Shown here: in pieces, positions 63,072 to 64,000 of the stretch
How the letters are laid out: every line of letters begins with the position of its first letter
Position numbering within the stretch: position 1 is the stretch's first letter
From: a bacterium
GTDB lineage: Bacteria; SZUA-182; DTGQ01; JAFGSM01
DNA length: 64,000 bases
Assembly (NCBI GenBank): GCA_049472335.1
Contig: JBLIRO010000018.1
Coordinates: 1 to 64,000, forward strand
Reading direction: 5' to 3'
Notes under the pieces: model-generated
What the model saw: only the letters and a program-made list of their open reading frames with translations
What the model was told of the DNA's origin: nothing
Database searches by the model: none
Translations under genes and position numbers: made by a program

Positions 63072-63662
63072 TTAAAAAAATGGAATCAATCCGAAGGCTG
63101 CTGCTGTTGCAACAGGCGTAGCAGGCGTTGCAACGGGTGTTGCCGCCACAACGGGTGTTGCCGCCACAGGTGTTGTAGCTGGTGTTACTGCGGTAGTGCT
63201 GGGTGCTGACAGAAGGGATGCTAATCCCCCATACATACCAAGGCCATAAAGACCCATCATACCGCCATAGAGCCCCATCAAGCCACCATACATGCCGTAT
63301 AGACCTCCGTAAAGACCCATCAGGCCGCCGTAAAGGCCCATCATGCCGCCGTAAAGGCCCATCATGCCGCCGTAAAGACCCATCATGCCATATAGGCCTC
63401 CATAAAGACCCATCATGCCATATAAGCCGCCATAAAGACCCATCATGCCATATAAGCCGCCATACATGCCCATCAAGCCGCCATACATGCCCATCAAGCC
63501 ACCGTACATGCCCATCAAGCCACCGTACATTCCATAAAGGCCGCCGTACATACCATAAAGACCCATCATGCCATAGTAAGCATCAGCTTGATTTGCGAAA
63601 CAGAAGGAAAAAACAATAATAAGGACCGCTATCAGAATAAAATATTTCATTTCTTTTTTCAT
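63072..63662 (-). CDS. Secreted Gly-Met-Tyr-Leu repeat protein
   Basis: Signal peptide ..ADA|YYG; about 120 aa of only G/M/Y/L; TPVAA repeats; RBS gagg. Confidence 0.85.
   Translation of the reverse strand: MKKEMKYFILIAVLIIVFSFCFANQADAYYGMMGLYGMYGGLYGMYGGLMGMYGGLMGMYGGLMGMYGGLYGMMGLYGGLYGMMGLYGGLYGMMGLYGGMMGLYGGMMGLYGGLMGLYGGLYGMYGGLMGLYGGMMGLYGLGMYGGLASLLSAPSTTAVTPATTPVAATPVVAATPVATPATPVATAAAFGLIPFF
63226..63577 (-). repeat. Coding tandem repeats (21- and 30-nt units, GGLMGMY / GGLYGMMGLY)
   Basis: Repeated catacatgcccatcaagccgc and aaagacccatcatgccatata units with synonymous variation. Confidence 0.9.
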
Positions 63663-63903
63663 TGCCTTAACCTCTTAAAATACCTGATTAGTAAAATTCC
63701 CTTAATGAAAACCAGAAATACTTGAATATTCCGTTAAAAATTCTCCATTAAATCACCTCCTCCTAACAATGATTTTTTTATCATGAAAAAGGATTGACTT
63801 AGGAAGATTGTAACTTTTAAGCTTAAATAAAAGTTTAAAAATATCATAGTAATATGTTGATTATAAAAGTTTAAAAGTAGAGCCAGCAGTAAAATAATGA
63901 ATC

Positions 63904-63947
63904 GAGGGAGCTAATACCTTATCAATAAAGGTATTAGCCCCTCTTTT
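63904..63947. terminator. Terminator-like hairpin
   Basis: gaggg(a)gctaatacctt...aaggtattagcccctc. Confidence 0.65.
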
Positions 63948-63979
63948 ACAATTTCCTTACCTTTTCAATTCCAAAAAAT

Positions 63980-64000
63980 TTACACCATCCCATACATGCC
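63980..64000 (-). CDS. 3' end of a probable second Gly-Met-Tyr-rich gene running off the window
   Basis: Minus strand ggc atg tat ggg atg gtg taa (GMYGMV*), followed by the hairpin. Confidence 0.45.
   Translation of the reverse strand, partial: GMYGMV

Noticed and set aside
63203..63619. Plus-strand His/Arg/Cys repeat ORF, or a CRISPR array
   Set aside because: Antisense shadow of the signal-peptide-bearing Gly-Met-Tyr gene; repeats are contiguous codon multiples without spacers

Overview
AT-rich bacterial window (genetic code 11) from an apparently anaerobic, diderm organism. I saw no rRNA, tRNA, CRISPR array or intact transposase. Recognisable modules: a membrane-bound group 1 [NiFe] uptake hydrogenase (hyaABC plus a convergent hyaD); a flavin reductase-rubredoxin fusion; a PtsN/EIIA-TrkA-TrkA-TrkH K+ locus; an arsR-arsP-arsEFG-like cluster; a sigma-54 operon encoding two unknown paralogous small proteins, a HydC/HydB/short-HydA (NuoEFG-like) module and a stand-alone FMN glutamate-synthase-like protein, followed by nrpR and preceded by an NtrC-type two-component system; DmeF; a PEP-CTERM protein; and TamA with a TamB interrupted by a stop. 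Between them sit many secreted proteins with Pro/Tyr/Trp/Gly-rich low-complexity segments. Main findings: (1) two paralogous secreted DsrE-like genes carry an in-frame TGA at the catalytic-Cys position with conserved coding sequence downstream, so they are probable selenoproteins that the ORF track truncates; (2) a putative electron-bifurcating module coupled to a glutamate-synthase-like flavoprotein under nitrogen-type control, led by two novel small proteins; (3) a family of secreted low-complexity proteins, usually with Gln at the mature N-terminus, including a Gly-Met-Tyr-Leu repeat protein. Several decayed genes are also present. All family assignments are from motif recognition by eye; no searches were run.
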